Assembly (NCBI RefSeq): GCF_011386835.1
Contig: NC_088799.1
Coordinates: 51,460,001 to 51,524,000, forward strand
DNA length: 64,000 bases
Origin: Chrysemys picta bellii
Taxonomy: Eukaryota
Direction: 5' to 3'
Positions 1 through 11,990 of this stretch are shown here, piece by piece; positions within the stretch are counted from its first letter, which is position 1; each line of letters begins with the position of its first letter. The notes under the pieces were generated by a model. The model worked only from the letters and a program-made list of their open reading frames with translations. It did no database searches and had not been told where the DNA came from. The translations under genes and the position numbers were made by a program.

Positions 1-899
1 CTTCTCCTCTTCCGTTACTTCTAACCAATGCGTCCCCAGCTTGTAACTTCTATTACTTCGTATTATCTATGTGGTATTCAGCATGATGCAAGTTCCTTTA
101 CAAACATACAAGGAATCAGGCCACTTCCTGAAAGAGCTTACACTCTAACTGGGCAGTTTACAGACTAAGAAGAAAGACTACAATGAAAAAGTTTTTCCTT
201 GAATGTATTAAACTCCAGACCAGATTGCCTCTTCTTGTTGTTCTTTATCTTTTCTCTAATTACCTGGTTTTTGATGCTTGTATATTTTCTCTGTTTAAAT
301 TTGTTTTTAATCTTGATCTTTTCTGTCTCTTTTAAACCTTTGCCTATTTGTGGGGTGTTTGCTTGTTTTTAACCCTTCCCCACTACTAATTTCCTTTACC
401 CTTTTCTGTAATTTAACTTCCACTGATTTCTGTTTTTTTTTAACCCCAGCCTATTATAGATCACTGTTGCTTTGTTTGATAATAACCCTTGGCTAATATC
501 TATATTGTAAATTATAGTAGAAAGAATATGAAATGTAATACACTGAACTCCACAGTAATCATGCATGTTACAGGTCACTGACATATTTACTCACCTGGAA
601 ATAAATATACACATCCTCCTTCTGTCAATCAAGCCAGATTTATCAGGTGATCAGTATGAGGTTATCCTGAGAGCTGATGCTGATGCTCAGTCTGCCTAGA
701 TTTTCCATGCACTCTGCTATTTTGCTTGGTTGTGTTTTACCTCTGGCATTCCCTGGATTCCTGCCTGGTAGCTGTCATTTGTCATTGTTCCATCAACATG
801 CTGGGCACAGTCAGCAAGGGCAGAAAACTCTAAAGGTTGGTGCTTTTCTCTGAGCAGTTAGCACATTGGTCTGTGTAAGTCACTCTTTCTCTCTCCCGT

Positions 900-947
900 C
901 CCCTAGGTGGCCCTGCAGTGCTTCTAGCTAGCAGCACCCCCTGCTGG
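900..947. promoter_or_regulatory. Two convergent CTCF-like motifs
   Basis: + strand CCCCTAGGTGGCCC at 900-913; - strand CCAGCAGGGGGTGC at 947-934. Both compared by eye with consensus CCASYAGRKGGCRS. Confidence 0.35.
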
Positions 948-1703
948 CATGAGAGCACCACAAGAAGCACCGTGCATGGGCAATTTGAAGTGTGGGATAG
1001 AGTGAACTGCTGTTCTGATGGCAGTGGGCAGAGACAGCAGTAGCAGACCTGGCAGGGAGAGTCTAGGCAATATTTTTATCCCTGAACCTAAAACTACTTT
1101 CACAGGGCCACAAGCCCCTTCCTTGACTGGCTGGCTGGATAGATAGATAGATCAATTATAGTGGAGCACCAGCTCTTTTATGGTTAAAACTGAGCATCAG
1201 ACCGTTTAAAGCTCAATCATTCTAAGTGCTCTAAAATCCATGTTTACTTGGATTACCTTGCAATTTGCTGTGTATCATGGTGGCGTGGAGTAGGTTAGTG
1301 ATCCAAATTTGCAGTAATTTGACAAAGGGGTCCCCGAGATACAGTCCTCCCCAAATCAGCTGTTAACAAAATTGCCTGGTTTGCCTTTTTTTCTGAACAC
1401 CTGCAGCTCAGCCTATGGCTTTGAGCCTCCCCAAACTGATCTCAGCCACCCAGGATTTTCTCTCAGCGAGTGCATGGCACCCATGGTCCCTTTTGGGCAG
1501 CAATATTGACAGTTAGTCAGAGTTAAGTTTAGAACTCCAGGTCTGTGCATCATTAGCTCAATCCAAAGAAAATGAAATGTGCATGTGCAGCAAGACGAGA
1601 GTTCTGTTAACAGCCAACAAGTTTCCAGATAGGCTGCTATTACCAGCACTGTGTGGCTCAAGAAGACATGCCGCAGACATTGAAACTTACCAACGCCTTC
1701 ATG

Positions 1704-1826
1704 TAAGGTTACCAGATAGCAACGGTGAAAAAAGGGGACGGGGTGAGGGGGTAATAGGTGCCTATATAAGAAAAAGTCTCAAAAAACAGGACTGTCCCTT
1801 TAAAAACGGGACATCTGGTCACCCTA
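1704..1826. mobile_element. hAT (Tip100-like) MITE, 123 bp
   Basis: Termini TAAGGTTACCAGAT ... ATCTGGTCACCCTA. 8-bp TSD CCTTCATG (1696-1703) / CCTTTATG (1827-1834), 7/8 match. Confidence 0.85.
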
Positions 1827-2080
1827 CCTTTATGCTATGCCCCACTGGTGCTTTTCACAGAATGTGTGCTGTGCAGGTTCCTTGCATTTTGTTGGGGTTC
1901 CTTTCAGAAGTTTTGCCCTGATACCAATATTTATGGTTTATGAGCAATGTTTTAAAGCATTCTAAAATCCAAATGTAGACTCAGATTTTACTGTAGAAAT
2001 ATTGTCAAAGAAATTAGCATTAATTAAATAGAGGGAAGATGGAAGACTCTGCTAGACACTTAGCATAATGTCATCATAAC

Positions 2081-2533
2081 TACAGCTGATTGGGAATTTT
2101 TCAACAAGATGGTTTTCATTGGAAAATACCGATTTGTTGAAACAAAACTTGTCATGGGAAAAGCTTATTTTCGATACCTTTTCTGACTCAAAAAATGATT
2201 TAAAAAATATTTTGAAATTGTCAATGTTTCGTTTTGACATTTTCTAAATGAAAAATTCTGGGTTGTCTGTTTGAAATGACTTTTCATTTTGAAATTTAGG
2301 CTAATAGTAGTAAATGAAAATTAAAAAACATTACAAATGGTTGAAGTTGAAATGAAATGTTTTGACATAATCTTAACGTTTCATTTTGATAGACTTGGAC
2401 CCATGTTTTTCTTCAGCTATTTGGTTCATGAAATGTTTTGAGATTTTGACTTCATCCTAATTCAGGGTAGGAGACATTTTTGATATGTCAATTTTTTTCC
2501 TGGGATGGGAAAACCATTCTCCATCAACCTGTA
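2081..2533. mobile_element. Old AT-rich non-autonomous DNA element (hAT-like termini)
   Basis: Degenerate TIRs TACAGCTGATTGGGAATT / ATTCTCCATCAACCTGTA; internal A/T-run pattern shared with the copies at 9966, 11034, 22962, 46749 and 61983. Confidence 0.55.
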
Positions 2534-3149
2534 AATGTGACTCGTACGCTTCACAGGTTTTCTGAACAATGGCACTGAGCATAATCAAAGGAAAGTAAGT
2601 CTCTGGGTCATTTGGGCAAGGGGTTCTTCATACTCAATTCCTTCATAGAAGCTATTCATAACATTTTCAGAGTCTCATAACTTTTTGGTGCAGAGCTAGG
2701 GAATATGGGGACTCAAATACTGAGCCTTTTCTACACAAACTCACCCCAGACTTACAAACTGTTACCTCCCCTTTACCCTGAAGATTACTTCAGAGCCATT
2801 GCCTTCACTTACCCCCACTAAGCTGTGAATACCACTGTCATGTCTGCCACCAGACTGCTGACAATCCTCATGCTGAAGACCCGTGGGCACTACTACTGAC
2901 ACACCCTACAGCTCCCAACACTGAAATGAGGCAGACTTCATCCCCCGAGGTACACATGTACTTAACTGTATCACAGTTACAGCTCTGTCAAGGTGCTCCA
3001 ACCAATCCCACCACCATTCAGTACAGATACAGCTAATACAGTGAAGGCAACTGGAGTGCATGCAGAGAAATGATGCAATTCAAATCTGTGGAACACAACA
3101 CAAACAATGGCACATGCTCTTAGTTCTGCCTCATACCCACTTATTGTAG

Positions 3150-4900
3150 ATTCATGGAATTTAGGTCAGAAGGGAATAGATCATCTAGTCTGACCCCCTG
3201 TATATCACAGGCCAGAGAATTTCATACTCATAGACTTTAAGGTCAGAAGGGACCATTATGATCATCTAGTCTGACTTCCTGCACAACGCAAGCCACAGAA
3301 TCTCACCCACCCACTCCTGTAACAAACCCCTAACCTATGTCTGAGTTATTGAAGTCCTCAAATAATGGTTTAAAGACCTCAAGGTGCAGAGAATCCTCTA
3401 GCAAATGACCCGTGCCCCACACTGCAGAGGAAGGCGAAAAACCTCCAGGGCCTATGCCAATCTGCCTGGAGGAAAACTCCTTCCCGACCCCAAATATGGC
3501 GATCAGTTAAACTCTGAGCATGTGGGCAAGACTCACTAGTCAGACAGCCAGGAAAGAATTCTCTGTAGTAACTCAGATCCCACCTTATCTAACATCCCAT
3601 CACAGACCATTAGGCATATTCACTGCTAATAATCAAAGATCAATTAATTGCCAAGATTAGGCTATCCCATCATTCCATCCCCTCCATAAATGTATCAAGC
3701 TTAGTCTTGAAGCCAGATATGACTTTTGACCCCACTACTCCTCTTGGAAGGCTGTTCCAGAACTTCACTCCTCTAATGGTTAGAAACCTTCATCTAATTT
3801 CAAGTCTAAACTTCCTAATGTCCAGTTTATATCCATTTGTTCTTGTGTCCACATTGGTACTGAGCTTAAATAATTCCTCTCCCTCCCTGATACTTATCCC
3901 TTTGATATATGTGTAAAGAGCAATCCTATCTCCCCTCAGCCTTCTTTTGGTTAGGCTAAACAAGCCAAGCTCTTTGAGTCTCCTTTCATATGATAGGTTT
4001 TCCATTCCTCGGATCATCCTAGTAGCCCTTCTCTGTACCTGTTCCAGTTTGAATTCATCTTTCTTAAATATGGGAGACGAGAACTGCACACAATATTCCA
4101 GATGAGGTCTCACCAGTGCTTTGTATAACGGTACTAACACCTCCTTATCTCTACTGGAAATACCTCACCTGATGCATCCCAAGATCTCATTAGCTTTTTT
4201 AACGGCCATATCACATTGGTGGCTCATAGTCATCCTGTGATCAACCAATACTCCGAGGTTACTTCCAACTGATGTGTCCCCAATTTATAACAAAAATTCT
4301 TGTTATTAATCCCTAAATGCATGACCTTGCACTTTTCACTATTAAATTTCATCCTATTACTATTACTCCAGTTTACAAGGTCATCCAGATCTTCCTGTAG
4401 GATATCCCGGTCCTACTCTGTATTAGCAATACCTCCCAGCTTTGTGTCATCCGCAAACTTTATTAGCACATTCCCACTTTTTGTGCCAAGGTCAGTAATA
4501 AAAAGATTAAACAAAATTGGTCCCCAAACCGACCCCTGAGGAACTCCACTAATAACCTCCTTCCAGCCTGACAGTTCACCTTTCAGTATGACCCGTTGTA
4601 GTCTCCCCTTTAACCAGTTCCTTATCCACCTTTCAATTTTCATATTGATCCCCATCTTTTCCAATTTAGCTAATAATTCCCCATGTGGAATCGTATCAAA
4701 TGCCTTACTGAAATCGAGGTAAATTAGATCCACTGCGTTTCCTTTGTCTAAAAAATCTGTTACCTTCTCAAAGAAGGAGATCCAGTTACTTCTGTATTGC
4801 ACCCAATAACTTGTGTTTGACCACAGCATTTTACAGAAAAACATTCAGTCTTGAATTGAAGCTATCAAGAGTTGGAGAATCTGCCACTTCCCTTGGCATT
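3150..4900 (-). mobile_element. Older CR1 3' end split by a younger CR1 insertion (pieces ~3150-3224 and ~4782-4900)
   Basis: GGCCAGAGAATTTCA (left) joins CCAGTTACTTCTGTATTG (right). The uninterrupted form GGCCAGAGAATTTCACCTAGTGA is present near 57795. Confidence 0.65.
3222..4782 (-). mobile_element. 5'-truncated CR1 LINE (PsCR1-like, long 3' UTR) with RT C-terminal half
   Basis: ORF 4413-4844 has RT motifs YLDFSKAFD, GVPQGS and KFADDTKLGG. ORF 3790-4140 has the CR1 C-terminus [12 protein letters not shown]...RRLRGD. Octamer tail (CTATGAGT) lies at the 3' end. Confidence 0.95.
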
Positions 4901-6451
4901 TGGTAACGTTTGCACTGCCCTTCTTGAAACCATCCTTTCCTTGCCCAACTGCAGTTGAATATGCTTCTGTGAGCATAACAGACACTGCACATGGCTCTAC
5001 GTTTGAATGGAACATGCTGGAATTGCTCAGTTCCTTCCTTTCAGGCCGAATCTAAAGGATTCTTATGGGTAGCTGTTCCTCCACCTCCAGAACCCTTGCC
5101 TGCAGATTCCCATGGGCACCGGTGCTCCTCCGCGTCTCTATGAAGACACGCAGAGGCTGGTGTGGCTACAAGGGATAAAATGTCAGTACTCTGCAGAGAG
5201 CACACGGCTCTTGATCATTTTTATGTAAAATATAAAGAACAGCCATCAGTACTTGGCCAAAGTCAACACTTAGGTGAAGAATGGCTGGCTAAAACTGAAC
5301 TCCAGTGAAGTTGGTTGGAATGTGGTGTAAGAACCTGAACAGAATAGAACAGAACAGGGAAACATTTAAGAACTTCCCTCCAATATAATATCTCCATTGC
5401 CCAGAGCACCTCTTATCAGACAGTGAAGTCAGTTTGTAGCCTGGAGATCCTTTTGAACTTCTCTATGCTAATGGGTGCTCAAATAACCATAGCAGCCAAA
5501 ACACTCCCTTTCCATCTGTGACTGGCTCAAGACTGCATCCCCATCCTACCAGACTCCAAACTGGCCATAGCGATCCATCCGGTTGTGGTTTCCAGACTTG
5601 AGAACATCAACTTATGCCCAGGAATGAAGTCACATGCCCTGAGAAAGTTCCATGTACAAAACAGAGCAGCTCATTTGCTTGGTGACACAGGTTGCTGCAA
5701 GCATTTCACCCCAGTGTCTGCTTTCTGCATTAAAGCCCCACTAAACAAAGAGTTCATTTTGAAGTTTCTGCCCTGATTTTCCAAGTCCTCTGTAGGACTG
5801 TATCGAGCTACGTAAGAAAACGACTCTCCCTCCACAGCCTTGACCTCCAATGCCAGAAATGTTCCACTGGAACCATGAAACGATGGACAAATGAGAGGAG
5901 GCTTACAAGCCCAGGAGAGAATTTTTCCAGGAGCTGAACCTAGCTTGTGGAACTCCCTCCCACAAGAGACAGGAATGACCACAGACTTTGCTGCCCTCAG
6001 AACTAAAGGCAAAGCTCCCCTCTTTGCTTCACCTTTCATCTCTGAACAAATAAATAAATCCCACAAGAACCCTATCAACTAATCATACTAGTTCTATAAA
6101 ATGAGAAGGAACAAAAAGAGAGAGCGAGATTGTTATCATTATTTCTAAATAAACATGAAGTGCTCAGCTATCATGGTGATGGGAGCCATAGAGGTACCTG
6201 GATAGATGGACAGACAGACAGACGCCTAAAAATCACATATTACTACACTGTTGTGTTCTTAATGCTGGTGTGTGCGTGTGGAGTATATTTTAAGTTCTGT
6301 GTTGCTCTGCGCCATCAACTCAGGGTTAACCTATTAGGATTATCAACAAAGCTTGGGAATTCTGGGAATAAACAGATCCACCACTTTTCCAAGGGGACAC
6401 AGAAAGAGAGAGAGGTGGGGGGAAGGAGGGGTTGGCAAAAGAAAGAAAGAG

Positions 6452-6860
6452 NNNNNNNNNNNNNNNNNNNNNNNNNNNNNNNNNNNNNNNNNNNNNNNNN
6501 NNNNNNNNNNNNNNNNNNNNNNNNNNNNNNNNNNNNNNNNNNNNNNNNNNNNNNNNNNNNNNNNNNNNNNNNNNNNNNNNNNNNNNNNNNNNNNNNNNNN
6601 NNNNNNNNNNNNNNNNNNNNNNNNNNNNNNNNNNNNNNNNNNNNNNNNNNNNNNNNNNNNNNNNNNNNNNNNNNNNNNNNNNNNNNNNNNNNNNNNNNNN
6701 NNNNNNNNNNNNNNNNNNNNNNNNNNNNNNNNNNNNNNNNNNNNNNNNNNNNNNNNNNNNNNNNNNNNNNNNNNNNNNNNNNNNNNNNNNNNNNNNNNNN
6801 NNNNNNNNNNNNNNNNNNNNNNNNNNNNNNNNNNNNNNNNNNNNNNNNNNNNNNNNNNNN
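6452..6860. other. Assembly gap (409 N)
   Basis: N run flanked by purine-rich and (GA)n sequence. Confidence 0.99.
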
Positions 6861-6876
6861 GCAGTGTAAAAGGTTT

Positions 6877-6919
6877 AGAGAGTGAGAGAGAGAGAGAGTG
6901 AGAGAGAGAGAGAGAGAGA
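6877..6919. repeat. (GA)n microsatellite
   Basis: Direct reading, with two GT interruptions. Confidence 0.95.
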
Positions 6920-7889
6920 AAAGTCCCTCACAGTTGTTTTTTCCTGGTTGATCCCTATTAAAAGAAACTCTTCATTGTGGCGTACTCAAGGAAATACAGC
7001 TCAGACGAAAGAGTCACATGAATGTTAACAAATATGACTATTTGTGTGGCTTATGCTCTGCGCTGGGCTTAGAGATGTTGTGTGTGACACTCAGAGAATG
7101 AAGGAAGCAATCATTAGAATCCCAGCAACCTGCTTAACTGCCTTCTTTCAAACTCCCCCTTTTGATCTGACACTTTTTTCTTCAGTTTTGCTGGGATTAC
7201 TGTGGAAGATGCTAATAAAGTATCATATACATTGTAGGCAGAGTGATAAGAAAGTCTGTTCTGATTAAACTTTGCAGTTTAGAGCAAGTCGGGCTTTTAC
7301 TTGTTGCTCAGTTTCCAGTGTAGACCTGAAATTTACTAGTGTTTTTGTTTATTTGCTTTTTCCCCTATAGAAAACTATGACAGGTCCTGTATATTTCAGA
7401 CATGTGTCTTCCCGGAATGTATACAAGTCTCTACTAGGCTGATCACATCCTAGACTCATATGGATATTCCTCTTCACTGGCTCTTATTTACAAGAGTTAA
7501 TGTTAATCTTACACCCAAATTTACTTCTCTTCCTCAAGGATAGGATGCTATTGTAACTGTATGTATTAGAAATGCTGCCTCATGAAATAGAGGTTACAGA
7601 AATCTGTATGTATGCCAAAGGAATGAACTCAACTTACTTTAAACTTCTATTTCTAATGCAGTGCACTCCTAATCAACCAAACTCTGACTACTTGAAACTC
7701 CTGGTTACCTAAAATTCAGTACCTGTTGAAGTTACTTTGAAGCTTTAATTATTATAGTTAGCATTATGATAGCACATAGAGATTTCAACTGCGGTCAGGT
7801 TTTCATCCTGTTAGGTGCTGTGATCAAACATAGAAACAAACTATCTCCATCCCAACAAGCTGACAATCTAAATAGGCAAAGAAAGCAGT

Positions 7890-8030
7890 AGTATTTCTAT
7901 TGAGGAAATGAGACAGTGAAAGATTAAGTGACTTGCCAAGCATCCCATAGGAGGACTGTGGCAGAGCCAGAATCCAGATCTCCACAATCTTCCTCCAGTA
8001 TCTCAACCAAAAGACCTTCCTTTCTCTCTC
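7890..8030. mobile_element. MIR/CORE-type SINE remnant
   Basis: GAGGAAATGAGACAGTGAAAGATTAAGTGACTTGCC...GTGGCAGAGCCAG resembles the MIR core. Confidence 0.6.
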
Positions 8031-8349
8031 TTCAGTGCATCCTGGGTTTCCCAAGCTGATGCTGCAGCAAAGAGGAGCTGGCTAAGACTGGCCGGCATTG
8101 GCGAGGTTGCATTCCCCAGGCCTGAAGTGCAGGGAAGATAAGGCGAGGTACAATGCAGACTAGCTGGCTTTAAAGGGATGATGCTAGTATAAACACTTCC
8201 AAAGCTGGCCAGCCTGGCTGGCACCTTCTAAATGCAAGGGAGGCAGACAACGTTATTTGAGGTTTGTGCTCTAGGGCTGAGGACCCAGAGTACAGAGAGA
8301 AAAGACAACATCTACATTTATATCCCCCATTAGTTAGAGGCTCCCTCAT

Positions 8350-8770
8350 GCCCTGGATCAGAATAGTTTATAACTCTTTTAAAAATCCTTGCTGCTGTTT
8401 TTGTTCTCTGTATAAATCCTGTTAATCTCTTTGCTTCAGTAGTTTCTTGTGACTGTGAGTTCCACAGGCTAATTATACACTGTGCGAAAAACATTTTGTT
8501 TCTATTAGTTGACTTTCAGTTGCATTGAATGTCTCCTCTTCTTGTGTTATGGCAAAGGGTGACTGGAAGTGCCCAATCTACCTTCTCACCACCATTCACT
8601 GTTTTATATGTCGTTAGCATGTGTCCTCTTATTCCTCACCTCTGTAAGGTAAGCAATCCCAATCTTTTCAATCTCACTTCACATGAGATTTTCTTCATGC
8701 CCTAATCAATCATGTCATCTGACTTCAAATCCCCTCTCATTTTGCGATATCCTTTTAGAGGTGAGGTGCT
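8350..8770 (-). mobile_element. Ancient CR1/L3 fragment
   Basis: GAGTTCCACAGGCTAATTATACACTGTG...CCCAATCTTTTCAATCTC resembles the reverse complement of the CR1 ORF2 3' part. Confidence 0.55.
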
Positions 8771-8949
8771 CATTGCTGCATACACTATTCTACATGCAGC
8801 CCTAGAATACAGACTGTTACAGAGACCTGGCTGCACCCTTCACAGCTAGCACACATAAACGCAGCTACTGGGTTTTTGTGTGTCAAATGTCCATCCATTC
8901 ATCCATGGTACTTATCTGGCCCCCATCACTGTAGTGTGCAAGCCGCTTA

Positions 8950-9055
8950 CACTCTTTGATGTATTTGTCCTCACAACGCCCCAATAGGTAGGGAAATGCT
9001 ATTACCCCATAATACAGATGGGAAACTGAGGCACAGAGAGGCTCAGTAACTAAGG
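8950..9055. mobile_element. MIR/CORE-type SINE remnant
   Basis: CCCCATAATACAGATGGGAAACTGAGGCACAGAGAGG core. Confidence 0.7.
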
Positions 9056-9545
9056 TTGCATACAAGATGGATATTTACACAGCAGTTTTCCTACCTTAGC
9101 CAGAGACTTGTGCTAAGGTAATGAATCAAACAAGATTCAGAAAGATATCTGATGGCACAAGCACTTGTGACTACTATATTGTTTGTGTGACTGACAGAGG
9201 GTCAAACTGGGCCAGACTCTGCATAGGTGCACAAGGAGGAGAAGGCATAAACTGCCTTCACCTACCTCCCCAACCCTTGCCCCCCTTGCTTTGCCTTGGT
9301 CACGACTGCAGTCCTCACTCTCACCTTTGTGCAAAGACTGACCCCACTAATGTCCCCAAAAGGGTGAGGGCAGGAAAGAAGCTGGGCCGTTGGGTGTGCA
9401 GCTACTGACATGCTGTTCTGTCTGCCTGAGGTCTCTGGGCACCACCCCCTAAAGCAGGGCAGTGAGTCACTCACACAAGCCAGCAGTTCTCCAATCCTCT
9501 CTGGCCAGACACCGAGCAAACAGTCAAACAAGAAAGACAAAGATG

Positions 9546-9649
9546 CAGGGCCGGTGCAACCCATTAGGCGACCTAGGGTGTCGCCTAGGGCGCTGCGATT
9601 TGGGGGGAGGCAACCACCTAGGGCGGTGGAAAAGCTGGCGACGCTCCTG
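9546..9649. mobile_element. Short hAT MITE, 104 bp
   Basis: Perfect 8-bp TSD CAAAGATG (9538-9545 / 9650-9657); CAGG...CCTG termini; internal palindrome TAGGCGAC...GTCGCCTA. Confidence 0.85.
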
Positions 9650-9965
9650 CAAAGATGACCACATGCTTTGCAAACTGTGCTGCACTCGCCCATGTGACTA
9701 TTACCTGTTGTGACTGGCTGATGACAATGCAATATAAATGGAGATCAATGAAGTCAATCAATGCCCTTGGCAGATATCTGAGATACGGTTGTGTGTGGAA
9801 TGTAGGATACCCCAGCCAGACCATTGGTACTAAGACATAGGCAATGAGAGGCAGCGACAACATTCACACATCAGACTGAGTGCATATATGCAAACTCATT
9901 TACTTCATTTATTGTGAGAAGAGGAAGCTGAATATGAAGCCTGGTAAGCAAATGTATCTCACATT

Positions 9966-10260
9966 CAAGGCTGCTCAAAAATCTTCCCAGTGACATTTTT
10001 TCTTGGAAAGAAAAACAGGGGTTTTGGTGAAATGAAAAGTGTTATGGAAAGTGTCTGCTTTCCTTGAAAAATTTTGATTTTTTGTCAGAAAAATGAAAAG
10101 CCCAAACCCCATTTTTCTTAATGTTTGGCCATTTTTTTTTGGTTTTCAGCAAATGAAACCATTTTTTTTCCAAGTTTTCATTTTTTCAAAGAATTAAATG
10201 AATGTTTTTTTCTACTTTTATTAAAATTTTGCATGGGAATTTTCCCCCCATCCAGTTCTA
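9966..10260. mobile_element. AT-rich hAT-like element (degenerate)
   Basis: CAAGGCTGCTCAAAAAT ... CATCCAGTTCTA termini; same family as 61983-62443. Confidence 0.45.
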
Positions 10261-11033
10261 CTTACATTGCATTTTCACTCTCTGTTAGGAAGCAACCGAG
10301 GTATTCTTCTATCTGGTGTCCATGTTCATAGCCAAATATCATGGTCTTCCTTGTGAAAGGAAAAAAGGAAAGGAAAAGGTTTTAAAAGTCCTAAAATTCC
10401 TTCTGCCAGCTGATCTCCTGCTGTTTTTTTCTCCCTGAATTGCTTTCCACCCAGTCCATAAGGGATCCAATGCTCCATGCTTTGGTCAGGTTCTGCTCCT
10501 GGATATAAAGGTCAGGGATGACATACTAGCCCCACTGAAATAAATGGCAAAACTTCTATTGACTGGGGCCAGGATTTCACCCCAGGTGATTAAGTCAGGG
10601 AACAAAAACAATACCATATCATTCAGGTGAACGATCCCACAGTTTGATTGGTAAATCATGACTGCCGAGTACACTCTCTCTCACGCTCTGGCTCTCCCTG
10701 GTTTTTAAAGGCATCTATCACTGTGGCATCTAAGTACCAAATCCCCAGTTCACCAAGGTACTTAAGAATATACCTAATTTTAATCATGCAAGTTACCCTG
10801 TTGACTTCAGTGGGGCTCCACATGTGACCAGGTAGGCTTGTGCCTTGCAGAATCCTGAATGAACACTCACCATAAAGTACTCACAAGCAATCAATCTTCA
10901 CTTTGTTTGCATAAATATTACTGAGCAATTATGGATCACAACAACAACAAAATAATATAATTCCAAATCTATTCCTAACTAAATCCCCTCCCCACCAGAA
11001 AAAGGATAATTTGCTTAGCACATTACTCATTAC

Positions 11034-11523
11034 TAGTGCTGGGATGGAAATTTTAGATGGAAGAGTTTTCCATCTGAAAATGCAGTTCTGTCAAAATCAA
11101 CATAATTAACAGGAACATGTTGCTTTTGATGAAATTTTCCATGGAAAAAGTCAAAACATTTCATTTTCAAAATGTCAACATGTTTTGANNNNNNNNNNNN
11201 NNNNNNNNNNNNNNNNNNNNNNNNNNNNNNNNNNNNNNNNNNNNNNNNNNNNNNNNNNNNNNNNNNNNNNNNNNNNNNNNNNNNNNNNNNNNNNNNNNNN
11301 NNNNNNNNNNNNNNNNNNNNNNNNNNNNNNNNNNNNNNNNNNNNNNNNATCAAAATAATAAAGGTGAAACAAAACATGTTAACACTACAGTATCAAAATA
11401 CAATGATTTAATGGTCTGAATGGATTTTGTTTTGCAATTTTTAGTTTGGGGGAATTTTTGTAATTTCAGTTTTTTACATTTTTGTTTCAAAATCTCAGAA
11501 ACCCCACGTCCCAACTAGCTCTA
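11034..11523. mobile_element. AT-rich hAT-like element spanning a 160-N gap (11189-11348)
   Basis: TAGTGCTGGGATGGAAATT ... CCAACTAGCTCTA termini. Confidence 0.55.
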
Positions 11524-11990
11524 CTCATTACAATTCGTGCACCTGGCTGTGCTCCACAGATCAGTAGCTTGCATAGCTGCAGACTACATTTGGGCAAACA
11601 ATTCTTAACAGTAAATGTATTTGGCAAATATAATGTTTTATACAAGCCCCCTCCCCTTGATCTAAAGATATTAAGCTACTCAAGTTTATTATTTTCTTCT
11701 GCTTCTACAGCTGGGCTTGTAAATGTCTTAAGCCAAAGAGCTTTGTAATAAACTACCTTCGTATGCATGCACACCACATCCATTCTTAACGGTGTCACTT
11801 TCATTTGCCTGTAAAGTGCCATGCACACTCCATGCTGCTGTGTAAATAGCAAGACCATCTTAATGAAATGTTCTGCAGCTCATATTCATTTTTGCATTCT
11901 CAAACGTTTCTAACTTTGTTATTTAGAAATCATGCTTCCTCCCAGACTCCAAAGGACATGATGCTCATTAAGGTTCATGTAAACACTGGG

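Noticed and set aside
6130-6901. Long ORFs (251, 182, 145 aa) here, and similar ones at 11033-11411, 45277-45859 and 60349-60830
   Set aside because: Artifacts of N runs translated as X.
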